A stretch of DNA of 38,177 bases from positions 1 to 38,177 of IMG/VR virus record IMGVR_UViG_3300025018_000289; one strand, written 5' to 3'. The translations under genes were made by a program, and so were the position numbers. The notes below the pieces were generated by a model. It was not told where the DNA came from, did not search any database, and saw nothing but the letters and a program-made list of their open reading frames with translations. Positions 1 to 9,012 of the stretch are shown piece after piece. The DNA comes from a virus. Lineage: Duplodnaviria > Caudoviricetes. The stretch's first letter is position 1. Each line of letters starts with the position of its first letter.

Positions 1-182
1 CAGGCGCCCTCACGGCCTTGATCGTCGCCAACCTTGCAGCGCGATATCCAGGATATGTCCGGCCCATCACGCAGCGGCCCCGCTGTGAGAATAGGCGCTT
101 CCTCAGACGAAAGCAACAACCCGCCGTTACGAGTATCAACGTTTAACATTGGGGACCTCCTCCGTTACGGGATCCAGCATCT
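1..182 (+). repeat. Terminal direct repeat, left copy
   Basis: Identical to 37996..38177 except T56 versus C38051. Confidence 0.97.
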
Positions 183-282
183 TGGGCACAGGATAGCGCT
201 CCCTCAATACTTGCTTCTTGTGCGACGAGGAGCAGCCGGCCAGCACGCCGCAGATTAAAAGCGCAAATAGAACCTTTTTCAT
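136..282 (-). CDS. Small lipoprotein, 48 aa (not in the ORF track), possibly spanin-like
   Basis: Hand translation MKKVLFALLICGVLAGCSSSHKKQVLRERYPVPKMLDPVTEEVPNVKR*. Has an LAGC lipobox and an ATGA overlap with the stop of the upstream ORF. Confidence 0.8.
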   Translation of the reverse strand: MKKVLFALLICGVLAGCSSSHKKQVLRERYPVPKMLDPVTEEVPNVKR

Positions 283-482
283 TTCATCCTTTCTTTTTCG
301 TCGTCCGTTCGCGTCCGCAATAGCCCGACCGCCTTCGCCGACGATCTCAATACAGGATCATTGCGCAGCTTCTTAAGAGCCTTTATCTCGATTAACCTCA
401 CGACATCCACGCTTAATCCAAGCGCGGCTGCGGTCTCTTCCAGTGTGTGCACTGCTAACATAAGATCCACCCCCGTCCGCAT
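279..482 (-). CDS. Stand-alone sigma70 region-4-like HTH protein
   Basis: TLEETAAALGLSVDVVRLIEIKALKKLR matches the sigma 4.2 pattern TLEEIG..LG(V/L)S.ERVRQIE.KAL.KLR. Confidence 0.8.
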   Translation of the reverse strand: MRTGVDLMLAVHTLEETAAALGLSVDVVRLIEIKALKKLRNDPVLRSSAKAVGLLRTRTDDEKERMK

Positions 483-835
483 ATGGTGGTAATAGACTCA
501 TCGCCGAGAATGCGCCGAATAGAGCAAATTATTTGGTCAATGCTCCGGGTAATGATCCTATTGCCCGCCTCACCGTACAAGATCACCATCATCTCATCCC
601 GTGTGATAAGAGTGCCGCGGTTATCAACCAGGGCGTCGAGGACATTCGCCTGGGAGCGCGTGAGCTGCACGGATTTACGCTTGAACGCGATCGTGCCGCA
701 GGCGCGGTTATATACTCCGGATCCTATTTTCACGGGCGTGTTCTCTGCCGCTATTGCATCGGCAAGCCTGCACAAATCCGCCGCGATCTTGCGGATCTGC
801 ACTGCAATTGGGCTTATAGATGGTTTGCGTTTCAT
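455..835 (-). CDS. OmpR/PhoB-type winged-helix DNA-binding protein with no receiver domain
   Basis: VQLTRSQANVLDALVDNRGTLITRDEMM...RSIDQIICSIRRILG..ITTICGRGW fits Trans_reg_C. Confidence 0.85.
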   Translation of the reverse strand: MKRKPSISPIAVQIRKIAADLCRLADAIAAENTPVKIGSGVYNRACGTIAFKRKSVQLTRSQANVLDALVDNRGTLITRDEMMVILYGEAGNRIITRSIDQIICSIRRILGDESITTICGRGWILC

Positions 836-1491
836 TGGTTGAAGATCCTTACATTGATTGAGTGAAAAAGGTTGCTAGCGGCAACCACGGCAAAATCCAC
901 GCGCCCGGTCGGCAGATCCATGATCGGGATAAAATAAGAGTTGGTCAGGTCCGGGCTGGCGATGGTGTAAAGCTGAGTGTAGCTGACCCCGCCGTTCGTG
1001 GAGATTGCGATATCCACATAATCAAAGCCCGCCTCGTGCCAGACAAATTCCTGATATCCCGGCTGCAGGACGGCCTGGCCGTTGGTGGGCGAGACCCATC
1101 GCACGCCGCAGATCGCGAAATCAGCCTTAGACATGGCGCCTTCCCAGAAATCGATCTCATCGGATGTGCTGCTCCATAGCGTACGCAGACCGATCCGCGC
1201 GTGCTCAGTCCAGAGATCCGGAGTTACGCGGAATGAGTAGTTGTAGACATTGGTACCCCAGGCTGCGTCCAGTCCATTGGCTATCCGCTTATGCCAGTTG
1301 GTCCCGCTATTGAGAGAGAGATCGAGATTCACCCGCGCGACCTCCCCGAAGTTTGTCGCGAAATAGGGCGTATAGGGGCGGGTGAATTCGATGGTGCGAT
1401 CGAGTACGTAATTGAACGGATCAAATGCCGCCGCTACAGTGAGCGCGCTCAGCATAAGCATTGCAATAATCCGGATATGCGTTACGGCCAC
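832..1491 (-). CDS. Signal-peptide-bearing, beta-rich (Ig-like) protein in the tail module
   Basis: N-terminus MAVTHIRIIAMLMLSALTVAAA|F. Two similar V(N/D)(L/I)xxSxNxGxx(W/Y) segments. Confidence 0.7.
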   Translation of the reverse strand: MAVTHIRIIAMLMLSALTVAAAFDPFNYVLDRTIEFTRPYTPYFATNFGEVARVNLDLSLNSGTNWHKRIANGLDAAWGTNVYNYSFRVTPDLWTEHARIGLRTLWSSTSDEIDFWEGAMSKADFAICGVRWVSPTNGQAVLQPGYQEFVWHEAGFDYVDIAISTNGGVSYTQLYTIASPDLTNSYFIPIMDLPTGRVDFAVVAASNLFHSINVRIFNQ

Positions 1492-3605
1492 GTCTGACTC
1501 CAGTCGTTTGTCGTGATTCCAAAAGCCCGGTAAATCACTTGAGTGGCGCCGTAGATGGCTAGCTCATCACCAACCCAGCGCGGCGTGATAAGGGTCGGAG
1601 CATCGTTGGTGGATGACTGAGGCGCGGTCAACGTAACAGTGGTGCGATAATTCATTATATCGGCGCCAGTGGCGCCGTCGCTCCCCACTTGCCACTTCTT
1701 GCCGCTTGAGGCAAGCAATGTTGCGACTTGACTGACCTCGTCCATCGAGACCGCAAACATGCTGCCTGTAGTGCTGATGTCTAGCGAGCCAAGTATATCC
1801 TGGATAAACCCAACTCCGCCAATTTCCACCACATCTACGATCGCCGTCGAGGCATGCACATTGGCCCATCTCTGACTGCTAGAGCCTAGAGACATTGAAC
1901 TTGAGTATTTCGGAGACATGGCGCTGGGAGTGAAATCGTATTGGTTGGTACTCGCCCCAAACATCACATAAAACTCATCGTTGACATACAGGAACGCGTC
2001 GCCTTTTACGGCAGTGGGGAAGTTAGTCCCGTACAGTGCAAAATAAGCGCTTGAACCGGATTTGCCTAATGTAGTTAAGCCGCTGGCATCAATGTTGTAA
2101 AACTGAAATGATCCGGTGTTGCCGGAGACCGCGCCTAGATTGGTTATGGATTGCCCTCCAGCGTTCTGCGAGCCGGTCCACGCGACAGATCCATTTGCAA
2201 GTATATAACCCACAATAGAGTGATCGCCCCAGCCGTAAGCAGTGTCCCAGTTGCCGGTGTTGCTGAGATCCGGCGTATTGGCCAGCCAACTGTAATCCAA
2301 CCCAAAGAACTGCTTGCCGGACTCAAGGTGGATGCCATCCGCCGCCCAGTACCAGACCCGGTTGCTTTGAACCGTAAAACCCTCCGCATAGTCGCCGTTG
2401 TAGCTAAACCGATACTTCCCCAGGTCCCGGTCATCCCCCCATGTGTAGGCCGGGGCTGTAACGGATCCATCGTACGCGGCCGGATTGACCGCCAGCACGT
2501 CCGAGAGCAGATGCAGGGATCCGGCTTTAAGCGTCAACCCGAGCAAATCGAAATATGCAGTCTCGTAGCCGCCCACATTAAGCACCATCGAAGGCAGGTT
2601 GCCGGGCCGCAGGATGCGATAGGCGCCGACCTCGCTGATTGATACATCGGTGCTTGCCGCGACATCACTCAAGATCAGGATATTGCTGATGCTTGTCCCC
2701 TCCGTTGCTACCGGCCCGAGCAGCAGGGACCCAGTTGCGTGATCGTACTTGAGCCCGTAGCCGTCCTCTTCCAGGCCGGGCAGTAATTCGCTCACTGGTA
2801 CCGATCGGATCTTAACAACCGCCGCGTTGGTGCTGGGCCCTGATACGTCCCCGCCCATAGTAGCCATACCCTGAGCGGCATCGATGCCGGCCTGCAGGAC
2901 CGCATTACTGGACTGCCAGCTGGTGATGTCCACTTTAGCGGTCTGCAGCACGCCTATAGCGTCGGCATTGGCCGTTATTCCGGCCTGCAGCACGAGATTG
3001 GATCCCTGCCATGCGGCAATGCTCACTTTGCCGGTGCTGAGCACTTCCAGCGCGGCGATGGTGATTGCGTTGGTTGCATCGAACACTGATCGCTCGACCA
3101 TCCCGGTGATGGATGCCTCGACGGCCGCAATCTGCGCCTCAACCCACGCGACGGTTGCATAATTGGACGAGTTCCACGCCCAGCTGTTCACGGCCGTAGT
3201 GCCTGGGCTGTCGAGGATATCGAACTCGCCGCGGATCCACTCCTGGATTGAGCCCGTGGTGTTAGTTACGATGATTTGCGCGAAGTACTCACCCGGTACC
3301 GCTGTCTGGTCAGAGGTGAGCGTCCACTCAAGATAGTCAAGCCCGCTGCTGGTATTGGTGACGGCCATGCCGACCTCGTCTGTGGCGTTCGACGAGAAAT
3401 AGAATATAGCTCCGAGGTTACTGACAGACGTGTAAGCGCTGCCATTCTCCCGGATATAAGCGCGGAGGGTAGGGGTAGTCTGTTCTGCCGCCTCAAATAG
3501 AAAGTCTCTGTTCTTCTTGCGCAAATCAGCTTCGGTTGACTGGATCTGCTGAGCAAAGGCATGCGTCGCGAACACGAGCCCCAGAATTATGCCTGACCAC
3601 CTCAT
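1482..3605 (-). CDS. Tail fibre / receptor-binding-like protein with an N-terminal signal peptide
   Basis: Follows the distal tail genes. Baseplate-anchor-like N-terminal beta domain, internal repeat (KVSIAAWQGSNLVLQAGI / KVDITSWQSSNAVLQAGI), fibre-like motifs NWDTAYGWGDH and LGSSSQRWANVH. Begins MRWSGIILGLVFATHAFA|QQ. Confidence 0.7.
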   Translation of the reverse strand: MRWSGIILGLVFATHAFAQQIQSTEADLRKKNRDFLFEAAEQTTPTLRAYIRENGSAYTSVSNLGAIFYFSSNATDEVGMAVTNTSSGLDYLEWTLTSDQTAVPGEYFAQIIVTNTTGSIQEWIRGEFDILDSPGTTAVNSWAWNSSNYATVAWVEAQIAAVEASITGMVERSVFDATNAITIAALEVLSTGKVSIAAWQGSNLVLQAGITANADAIGVLQTAKVDITSWQSSNAVLQAGIDAAQGMATMGGDVSGPSTNAAVVKIRSVPVSELLPGLEEDGYGLKYDHATGSLLLGPVATEGTSISNILILSDVAASTDVSISEVGAYRILRPGNLPSMVLNVGGYETAYFDLLGLTLKAGSLHLLSDVLAVNPAAYDGSVTAPAYTWGDDRDLGKYRFSYNGDYAEGFTVQSNRVWYWAADGIHLESGKQFFGLDYSWLANTPDLSNTGNWDTAYGWGDHSIVGYILANGSVAWTGSQNAGGQSITNLGAVSGNTGSFQFYNIDASGLTTLGKSGSSAYFALYGTNFPTAVKGDAFLYVNDEFYVMFGASTNQYDFTPSAMSPKYSSSMSLGSSSQRWANVHASTAIVDVVEIGGVGFIQDILGSLDISTTGSMFAVSMDEVSQVATLLASSGKKWQVGSDGATGADIMNYRTTVTLTAPQSSTNDAPTLITPRWVGDELAIYGATQVIYRAFGITTNDWSQTWP

Positions 3606-3625
3606 GACAATGGCCAGAGAATCAA
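3606..3625 (-). promoter_or_regulatory. Putative late promoter motif, copy 1 (TTGA-TTCTCT-GGCCAT-TGTC-ATG)
   Basis: Directly abuts the ATG at 3605; one of 7 copies with identical spacing. Confidence 0.7.
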
Positions 3626-3629
3626 GCCC

Positions 3630-4901
3630 TCACGTATAAGACCAGTTCCAGGTAATCACCCAGTATGTTTCCTTGTTCATCTGGCATCCGTGCCACGGAA
3701 TATCTTTGCCGCCCGAAGTTTGGTTGTCGTAAACATCGCCGCCATACCCAAAAAGGTTATATTCCGATGACGCGTGAGCAGGGAAAGCCAGGCTCGGGTT
3801 GAAGCTGTAGTTATGACTTGCCGACGACGATGACGCAAAACTCTGGACCTTGACGAATCGACCTGCAGCGGATACGCGCCCGGCGTAATTTATGGGCTTC
3901 CATGTGACGTTCGCAGGTGCGTCACCCGGCGGCGGAACGCCGTAATCGATCCAGTATTTGCCTGCCGTCAGGAAACTGCCTGTTGCGTATTCGATTTCGG
4001 ACATAGTCACTTCATCGCAAACAAGATACAGATCCGCGCTGTGCGAGATCGATGTGGGCAGCCCGGTGATTTGCACGAATCCAGCCTCGGTTACGGACGC
4101 AACGACATGTCGAGCAACCAAAGCAGATCCGTAGTACGTCCGCAGCATCACGCCCATGCGGTTTGTGATGACGCTGGATTCAAGCGCATTCTCGGAGATG
4201 TTTCCCGCGTGGTCATAAGTGTTTGTGTAATGACCTGTGGTCCAGTCGTGATTCATCCTTGCGGCGTCGTAGTCGGTCGATGTGCCGCCCGTGCCGCCGG
4301 AATGATTGCGCCCCCAGTAAATGCGCCAGGGGGCATAAGTTTGCAGGTGATACGTTCGGTCATCAGGAGTGCCGCTGTTGTCCCACTGCAAAGGGGGTTG
4401 ATACAACACGCTGCCATTTTTGACTGCAAGCGTGTATTTGAGCTTCTTCAAGGCAAGCTGCATATCCGTGATCAACCACGGCCCGATCGCGTCCCCTGTG
4501 ACGTGCCGCCCGTACGTCCATGCGTTAGCGGATGTGTATCTCCTTGGACCGGATGAGCTACCGACCGCGGCCAGCCATAACGCGCCCACGTCTGCAGATC
4601 CGTTGTAAACCGATATCGACCCCTCTGCCGTGTCCTCATAATCCGGGATCGTGCCGGTCGTTTGCAGAAAATAGCTATTATTCGCAGCCGCGTCGCTGAG
4701 TAGAGTCGAAAGCCTGTCGTACCACGCTTTCCAAAACGCATTGTCCTGTAAATTTACGCCCGCTGCAATGCTGTTTGCAGGCAAGCACCAGCTCGGAGTT
4801 GCAGCCGGGCACATCACCTGATAGCGCTCATAGAATGCGTTTTGAAGTTCCTGAAACAACTCTTTCGCTTGGATCGTTGTGGCTGTCGTAAACGCTGCCA
4901 T
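3630..4901 (-). CDS. Tail-associated structural protein; start reassigned to MAAFTT at 4901
   Basis: TAATG coupling with the upstream stop; tail-module position; G/S/T/Y-rich. Confidence 0.65.
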   Translation of the reverse strand: MAAFTTATTIQAKELFQELQNAFYERYQVMCPAATPSWCLPANSIAAGVNLQDNAFWKAWYDRLSTLLSDAAANNSYFLQTTGTIPDYEDTAEGSISVYNGSADVGALWLAAVGSSSGPRRYTSANAWTYGRHVTGDAIGPWLITDMQLALKKLKYTLAVKNGSVLYQPPLQWDNSGTPDDRTYHLQTYAPWRIYWGRNHSGGTGGTSTDYDAARMNHDWTTGHYTNTYDHAGNISENALESSVITNRMGVMLRTYYGSALVARHVVASVTEAGFVQITGLPTSISHSADLYLVCDEVTMSEIEYATGSFLTAGKYWIDYGVPPPGDAPANVTWKPINYAGRVSAAGRFVKVQSFASSSSASHNYSFNPSLAFPAHASSEYNLFGYGGDVYDNQTSGGKDIPWHGCQMNKETYWVITWNWSYT

Positions 4902-6016
4902 TAGACAGTCCTCACCCAATCCCATTCGATATCGTAATTCGTGGCGCTGGCCTTTTGCAGGACCATGCTCGTGGAGCCGCCGGTCGGCATGCTGGTAGGT
5001 GCATCGATCCACGAAAAGGTTCCGCTTGCGTTCTGCAGGATCTTCGTGCCTGTCGGTTTACTGAGTACCGCCCACGCGCTCCCATTGTGAATTATCATAT
5101 CGCCGCCAGTGCCGCTAGGGATCGACCCGGATGCATCTTCCCATGTCGCCAGCCAGCTGCCAGCCGACGAGTTTAGCGTCAACACCTGTCCGTCAGATTT
5201 CGTTCCACCGGAGCCCAATTGCGTTCCGATGCAATAGGCCATTTCCTTTGCAACAAAAACCTGATTTGCCCCGGCGGGCGCATACAGCATCACGGGGCCA
5301 ATAAATGTGTCTGTAATAGTCGTGATGTTTGAGTCAATCAGGCTGGCGGTCATCCGGAGATAAGTACTGAAGGTGTTGGCTGTATCATTCCAGCGCACAA
5401 AGCCCGTACCTACTCCCTCAAGCACATCGTAGATATCGGATGGACCATCCGCCCAGCTCGCGACCGATCCGTCTGTTGTCAGGAACTTTCCGCTATTGCC
5501 AGTTTGAGCGGGAAGCTGATCCGGGATCTCGGCCCACGCAGGAACGCCCGAAACGATCGACAATACTGTTCCCTCAGCTCCAACGCCTCTTAACTGCCAT
5601 TCACCAGCGGTATTGTTCCACACCAGCAACTGCCCCTCGGCTGAGCCGTTACCTAACTGTTTGATCGCCTCCCAGCTGGCCGCTGTGCCGTTTGTCGTCA
5701 GAAATTTGCCGTCATGCCCCGATTGTGCGGGCAGCACCGACGCAAGCTCCTGCCATGTCGGAGAGTCAGTACCATTTGATACCAGCGCAAAACCGTCAGT
5801 AGACGCGTCGTGAGGAGGGATTGTTTCGAGCTCAAGCGACGGCAAGTTGACTATAACCTGCCATGGATTCGCCTCACTGGGCGCTGCTGTTTTTTCGATC
5901 AGGCAATTAACGCCGCCGATATTGTTGAGAATGGCCGAAACGGTCTCAAACCATTCGAGCGGGATCTGGGTGATCGGACCGCCCGGCGCAAACTTCTCCT
6001 GTAGAGGCCACGTCAT
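4901..6016 (-). CDS. Tail fibre-like protein with repeated LPAQxGxxGKFLTT(N/D)GxxASW units; start at MTWPLQ (6016)
   Basis: Two copies of the repeat, typical of phage fibre shafts; lies downstream of the tape measure gene. Confidence 0.7.
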   Translation of the reverse strand: MTWPLQEKFAPGGPITQIPLEWFETVSAILNNIGGVNCLIEKTAAPSEANPWQVIVNLPSLELETIPPHDASTDGFALVSNGTDSPTWQELASVLPAQSGHDGKFLTTNGTAASWEAIKQLGNGSAEGQLLVWNNTAGEWQLRGVGAEGTVLSIVSGVPAWAEIPDQLPAQTGNSGKFLTTDGSVASWADGPSDIYDVLEGVGTGFVRWNDTANTFSTYLRMTASLIDSNITTITDTFIGPVMLYAPAGANQVFVAKEMAYCIGTQLGSGGTKSDGQVLTLNSSAGSWLATWEDASGSIPSGTGGDMIIHNGSAWAVLSKPTGTKILQNASGTFSWIDAPTSMPTGGSTSMVLQKASATNYDIEWDWVRTV

Positions 6017-6017
6017 T

Positions 6018-6311
6018 TTAAGCCCACGCCCCTTTGACATCATACGTCGCGGTCACGGAGTACGCGCCTGCGTCATTCTGCCGGTCCGCATGCACGTCTG
6101 TTATGTTGGCTGCTGAGCTCAAAGAGGCGGCCAGTGCCTCGGCGACCGCCTGAGTCATCGCGGAATAGAATTGCGTGTAGATTGTGCGGGATCGCGTCAA
6201 TTCGCCTGTCACGTAAAATTGCCCCTCAAAGAAGTAACCGGTCCAGCGCCTTTCGGTGATGTACTTCTTTGTCGTTGTCCACGGAGTTGGTGCTGCTGTT
6301 AACCAGGCCAT
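6018..6311 (-). CDS. Small tail protein (distal-tail position)
   Basis: Immediately after the tape measure gene, TAATG-coupled. Confidence 0.6.
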   Translation of the reverse strand: MAWLTAAPTPWTTTKKYITERRWTGYFFEGQFYVTGELTRSRTIYTQFYSAMTQAVAEALAASLSSAANITDVHADRQNDAGAYSVTATYDVKGAWA

Positions 6312-7975
6312 TATTTCATCCTCATAAGTTCTTCGAGCAGCTTCCTTGTTGCCGCCGTGTTTTCTGCGATCTCCCCCAAAGCTTTCTGCGCTGCTTCCTT
6401 CTCTTTCTCCGCATTCATCACGCGCTGAGCCGCCTGCTCCTGATCCGTGAGCTGCATTCCCGCCGCAACCTTGAACCCGACGCGCTCCTTGTCTTTTGCG
6501 AACTGGTCCCGCATAGCCTTGTCCTGCGCTTCCGCCTCTTTGCGCTGTTTGCGCAGTTCGGGATCTTTGTATTCCGCCCAGGCCTGAGATGCCGCCTGCT
6601 CTGCGCGAGACAGACGATCCTGCTGCTTTGACTGCTCGTCGCCCAGTTGCGAGATTGCGGCCCGCTTCAGGTTCTTTTCCTCTTCGACCAGCGCCCTCAT
6701 GTCCTTGGCACGCTGGTCAGCTAACTCCTTGTCAGCTTTCTCTTGAGCCTTCTTCGCTTCCTCGGCTAATTTAGCGGCGGTCTTTTCGTCTTTCTGCGCC
6801 TGTGCTAGCTTCAGGTCTTTGGTTCTAGCCTGTTCCTCAGTTATCTTTTCATCCTCGGCCTTCTTGGCTGCCTGCGCATTCTCCTCTTTGGCAGCTGCAC
6901 GGATCTTGCTGGCTCTCTCGCCAGTGTAAGACTCCTTTGCGGTCGTTTTGGCCACTCCCCATGCGTCTTTAAGCCCCATTCCTGTTGTTAACGCACCCGC
7001 ACCCGCCATGGCACCTTTGATAGCGGCAATCTGGGCCTTGTTCACTGTCATCGCGGTATCAACTGTGAGTTTAGCGCCAGACCATTTGTATGCAAATTTC
7101 AACCCCTTAGAGACGGTCTGGATTGTAATGGCAAGGTCTTCAAGCGACGTTTTTACCTGATCCGCCCATACCTCAATGCTGCCGTTCTCTTTCAGTTCTT
7201 CCATCATCTTGATCAGTAGTTTGATCTCGTTCTTTGCGATATCTTCAAAGGATTTGCCAAACTCAGCCAGCGTTAGATTCCAGTTATCCTTCATAGTCGA
7301 AAACAAGCCCTCGCCCGTAGTGGACAACTCTTCCATGCCGCCCTTATACTTCTCCATAGACTCTTGGAGCTTAGCCCACACCTCTGCGTTAGTCGCGCCT
7401 TCAGCCTGCAACTTTTCCATCTCGGCGCGCACATCAGGAGTAATGATGCCCAGCTCCATGAGGCGCTGCGCCGCTTCGCCGAACGGTCGCCCTGATTTGA
7501 TGGCGCCGTAAGCACGTCCGACCCATGTGGCCAGCTCGCCTATGTTTGCCCCAGTCGCAGTGGCGGCATCACCGACTAACTCAAGGGACTCTTTTGCCCC
7601 CATGACTCCGTTAGTCATCACGATCAGCGTGCGCGATGCCTGAGCGATATCTCCGAATTCAAGCGGAGTACTAGCAGAGAAGTTTTTCAATTCCGCGATA
7701 TGCTGCTTTGCCTTCTCCAGGCTCCCGAACAGTACTTTGAACTGCACCTCATACCGCTCAAACTCAAAGGCTGACTTGATGGAGCTGGTAAACAGTTTCA
7801 GCGCGCCCGCGACACCAGCTGTGACGCCAATAATCCTGGCCATGCTGCCCATCATGCTCTTGATGCTGCCGCCAACTTTACCAGCCAAGCCTTGGAAGTT
7901 CTGACGGACCTTGCTGAGGCCGGCCTTAGTGGAATCTTTGGCCCTTATGATAAATTCTAGGATCTTGCTACCCAC
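6311..7975 (-). CDS. Tail tape measure protein
   Basis: LEFIIRAKDST start, tape-measure motif (FSASTPLEFGDIAQASRTL...LVGDAATATG), long Ala/Lys-rich helical body, AGGAGG RBS upstream. Confidence 0.9.
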   Translation of the reverse strand: MGSKILEFIIRAKDSTKAGLSKVRQNFQGLAGKVGGSIKSMMGSMARIIGVTAGVAGALKLFTSSIKSAFEFERYEVQFKVLFGSLEKAKQHIAELKNFSASTPLEFGDIAQASRTLIVMTNGVMGAKESLELVGDAATATGANIGELATWVGRAYGAIKSGRPFGEAAQRLMELGIITPDVRAEMEKLQAEGATNAEVWAKLQESMEKYKGGMEELSTTGEGLFSTMKDNWNLTLAEFGKSFEDIAKNEIKLLIKMMEELKENGSIEVWADQVKTSLEDLAITIQTVSKGLKFAYKWSGAKLTVDTAMTVNKAQIAAIKGAMAGAGALTTGMGLKDAWGVAKTTAKESYTGERASKIRAAAKEENAQAAKKAEDEKITEEQARTKDLKLAQAQKDEKTAAKLAEEAKKAQEKADKELADQRAKDMRALVEEEKNLKRAAISQLGDEQSKQQDRLSRAEQAASQAWAEYKDPELRKQRKEAEAQDKAMRDQFAKDKERVGFKVAAGMQLTDQEQAAQRVMNAEKEKEAAQKALGEIAENTAATRKLLEELMRMK

Positions 7976-8093
7976 GGGCGAGCCTCCTGGCTTTGCGCCG
8001 GTAGTAGCGGCCCTCTATTTCGCCCAGGACGCGTCCGCAGCCCTTAGCCACAAGAACACCCACGACAAGTACTATTCGGCCCACCATCCTCAT
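7968..8093 (-). CDS. Small hydrophobic/basic peptide, 41 aa (not in the ORF track)
   Basis: MRMVGRIVLVVGVLVAKGCGRVLGEIEGRYYRRKARRLARG*. ATGA-coupled to the upstream ORF and fills the gap before the tape measure gene. Confidence 0.5.
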   Translation of the reverse strand: MRMVGRIVLVVGVLVAKGCGRVLGEIEGRYYRRKARRLARG

Positions 8094-8896
8094 ACTGCAT
8101 CCTCCTGTGGTTGCTCTGTGCGGTGCGCCTCTATGATGGCCACGATTGCATTCCGGAAATTCTGGATTGCGATACCCAGCGCATCGAGCGGGCTGGGCCC
8201 TTCACGGTGCTGCCGCGCCCGCTCAATCATGCAGGCGTTGAGATAGGCACGCATGGTCTCATCCTTGCTCGTGCGGGTCCGCCAGTAATCCGGATCCGTT
8301 CCGGACAGCGCCGCCAGACTATGGACGATGTCATCGTAGTTGGTACCGCGGTGTACAGGCTCGTCATCTTCGTCGCCCTTTTTCTTCAGATGCTGTGCCG
8401 GCATGACGACATCGAAGGCGGCCGAAAGTTCTGCTTCTGTTGCGCCGGTGGCCAGAATCCACTTTTTGATCGCTTCTATAGCTTCGCGTCGATCAAGCAA
8501 GTCCTTCAGCGTGCGCTCCTCCTGAACGTTCAGGAGGCGGCGAAGCAGACGTTCAAACCATCCGCGACGAGCTGTATCCGGAATGGGTTGGCCGCGGCCA
8601 TGCGCAAGGGCGAAGGTGAGAGCGTAGAACGTGTACAGCTTTGAAGAGACAAACCACGTGCAGGCGTAATTGCGGTACCATTCAGCCGCCATTATGGTCA
8701 TGGGCCACAGGAATGCAGAACCTGCTTGTGCAGGACCTTCGAGGATTCCGTCGATTTTGCCTGCAGCCTCCTGGATCTTCCCCAGTTCGTGCAGCCAGAT
8801 GATCTCGTCGAGAGTGGGCTCTATCCCAAAATCAGACCGCAGCTCCCGAATTCCCGCTTCCGCTACTCGGCTTAGCTTTGGTCTTAATGTCGGCAT
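8090..8896 (-). CDS. Putative tail assembly chaperone
   Basis: Helical protein between tail tube and tape measure genes (synteny only). Confidence 0.55.
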   Translation of the reverse strand: MPTLRPKLSRVAEAGIRELRSDFGIEPTLDEIIWLHELGKIQEAAGKIDGILEGPAQAGSAFLWPMTIMAAEWYRNYACTWFVSSKLYTFYALTFALAHGRGQPIPDTARRGWFERLLRRLLNVQEERTLKDLLDRREAIEAIKKWILATGATEAELSAAFDVVMPAQHLKKKGDEDDEPVHRGTNYDDIVHSLAALSGTDPDYWRTRTSKDETMRAYLNACMIERARQHREGPSPLDALGIAIQNFRNAIVAIIEAHRTEQPQEDAV

Positions 8897-9008
8897 GTGC
8901 TTTCACCTTTTTCTCGATGATTTCAGTAAGTTCTTTGCCCTGCTCGGGAGTCAGGGATTGAATGTTGCAGGTCAACATGCGGCGTATGCGTTTGATGTGT
9001 ATCTCCAT
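8832..9008 (-). CDS. Small protein, 58 aa (MEIHIKRIRRMLTCNIQSL...)
   Basis: GGAGG RBS upstream; fills the gap after the tail tube gene. Confidence 0.55.
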   Translation of the reverse strand: MEIHIKRIRRMLTCNIQSLTPEQGKELTEIIEKKVKAHADIKTKAKPSSGSGNSGAAV

Positions 9009-9012
9009 GAGA

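Noticed and set aside
1-182. Terminal repeat with an A/G difference on the minus strand as a DGR template/variable repeat pair
   Set aside because: Only one mismatch, the copies sit exactly at the contig ends, and no reverse transcriptase is encoded.
3606-3625. Late motif as a sigma54 promoter
   Set aside because: Sigma54 needs TGGCAC-N5-TTGC in that order. Here the TTGA box precedes GGCCAT.
8890-8915. Programmed -1 frameshift at G AAA AAG joining the 58-aa ORF to the 268-aa chaperone
   Set aside because: The downstream ORF is in the +1 frame and has an in-frame TGA just before its ATG. AAGGTG there is better read as an RBS.
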